Shown: positions 5,660 to 6,418 of the stretch, one piece after another
How the letters are laid out: each line of letters begins with the position of its first letter
Position numbering within the stretch: the stretch's first letter is position 1
Origin: Candidatus Iainarchaeum sp.
Lineage (GTDB): Archaea > Iainarchaeota > Iainarchaeia > Iainarchaeales > CSSED10-239
Assembly (NCBI GenBank): GCA_028700115.1
Contig: JAQVTI010000025.1
Location: 1-6,418 of the forward strand
Reading direction: 5' to 3'
Length of the DNA stretch: 6,418 bases
The notes under the pieces: model-generated
What the model was told of the DNA's origin: nothing
The model's input: only the letters and a program-made list of their open reading frames with translations
Databases searched by the model: none
Made by a program: the position numbers and the translations under genes

Positions 5660-6418
5660 TTAATCCAAATAGATTAAACTATTTATTAGACCAGTATAAA
5701 TTAGAGGTTTCAGATTTAGCATCTCGTTTAACTCCCAGTAATAAAAAGAGAGATGTATTTATCCAACAGATAAATGATGTATTAAATGATAAAATTAAAG
5801 TTGAACTTAAATTTATTAAAAAGTTAGATACAATATTTGAAAAAGGATTGAATTGGTATATTTTAAACACAGATATTAAAATTGAACCCACAAAAAGCAT
5901 TTTTTTTAGAAAACCCAACATTGCTGTTGAGTCGGATATAATTTTTGAATCAAAAAAAATAGTTACTGCTTTTGAAGAAAAAAAGTTTGAATTATTGTAT
6001 TTAAGTAAATTGATTAATTATAACTTAGATAGAAAATTAAATAGGTATACATCTGATAAACTGCCCATAAATGTGGCTAATGAAATGGTAAATAAATTTG
6101 CACAATTTAGTAATATAAAAATTAATAAAGCCACCCAGAATAAAGACCGCGATAAAGCGTATTTAGAATATCTTATAAGAATTATTGAGCAATACAATGT
6201 TTTTGTATTTGAATTTATAGAGGCGCCTAATAAAAAAAATCCCGTAAATTATAATGGTTTTCTGATATCTCCAAATGTAATTGTGTTAAAAAGAGAGAAG
6301 AGTTATAGAAGGGAGATATTTACATTATTACACGAATTTGCGCATTATTTATTAGATTTAGAAGCAATAGATGACGTTGATATCGAGGATATAAAGACAC
6401 ATTCTGAACAAGAGAAAT
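5638..6418 (+). CDS. HTH (XRE-like, degenerate) fused to an ImmA/IrrE-family (peptidase M78, COG2856) zinc metallopeptidase domain. The 3' end is truncated by the window edge.
   Basis: Hand translation shows frame 1 open from ATG 5638 to the window end (260 codons, no stop), which is why it is absent from the track. Residues ~8-70 (NRLNYLLDQYKLEVSDLASRL...VELKFIKKLDTIFEKGLNWYIL) follow the XRE helix-turn-helix pattern. The segment NGFLISPNVIVLKREKSYRREIFTLLHEFAHYLL is the classic ImmA/IrrE core, with HEFAH at nt 6331-6345 (aa 232-236). An in-frame stop sits at 5623-5625, so 5638 is the first possible ATG. Confidence 0.8.
   Translation, partial: MTDENYRINPNRLNYLLDQYKLEVSDLASRLTPSNKKRDVFIQQINDVLNDKIKVELKFIKKLDTIFEKGLNWYILNTDIKIEPTKSIFFRKPNIAVESDIIFESKKIVTAFEEKKFELLYLSKLINYNLDRKLNRYTSDKLPINVANEMVNKFAQFSNIKINKATQNKDRDKAYLEYLIRIIEQYNVFVFEFIEAPNKKNPVNYNGFLISPNVIVLKREKSYRREIFTLLHEFAHYLLDLEAIDDVDIEDIKTHSEQEK

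Noticed and set aside
5679-5921. Minus-strand 80-aa ORF from the track
   Set aside because: It is antisense to the uninterrupted 260-codon HTH-ImmA/IrrE ORF, which has clear family motifs. Its hydrophobic, low-complexity translation is an AT-rich antisense artefact.
1-6418. CRISPR arrays, tRNA or rRNA genes, transposase or integrase genes, and long terminal repeats
   Set aside because: No periodic repeat-spacer structure, no GC-rich structured RNA-like segment, and no ORF with recombinase motifs was seen on either strand.

Overview
This is a very AT-rich window (about 25-30% GC by eye), and every gene I can support is on the + strand. The core is a complete, apparently intact Type III restriction-modification operon. 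It has mod at 564-2486 (beta-class N6-adenine methyltransferase: DPPY, then a variable region, then FxGxG). It has res at 2489-5347 (SF2 helicase with a DEPH box plus a C-terminal PD-ExK nuclease), and the two genes are 2 nt apart. Directly upstream, a 74-codon ORF (319-543) reads like the orphaned N-terminal leader of a different lineage of Mod-type methyltransferase. It stops exactly at the LIEGDN box, and the relic IEG codons now form the mod ribosome-binding site. Three things follow res. First is a ~108-nt, extremely AT-rich spacer with inverted repeats. Second is a 46-codon CxxC...CxxH ORF (5456-5596) that is absent from the supplied track. Third is an ORF running off the right edge (5638->6418), also absent from the track, that encodes a degenerate XRE-like HTH fused to an ImmA/IrrE (M78) metallopeptidase domain with HEFAH. 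The left edge holds the 3' end of an unrecognised ORF (1-261). I saw no rRNA, tRNA, CRISPR array, transposase or integrase. The points most worth a second look are the mod-gene remnant and apparent promoter capture, the zinc-ribbon plus HTH-M78 peptidase pair next to the R-M system (a possible TA- or defence-like module whose partner may lie beyond the window), and a cluster of TATAGAA(T) inverted repeats, including a perfect 14-nt inverted pair, around that pair. All family assignments come from motif reading and memory, not from searches.
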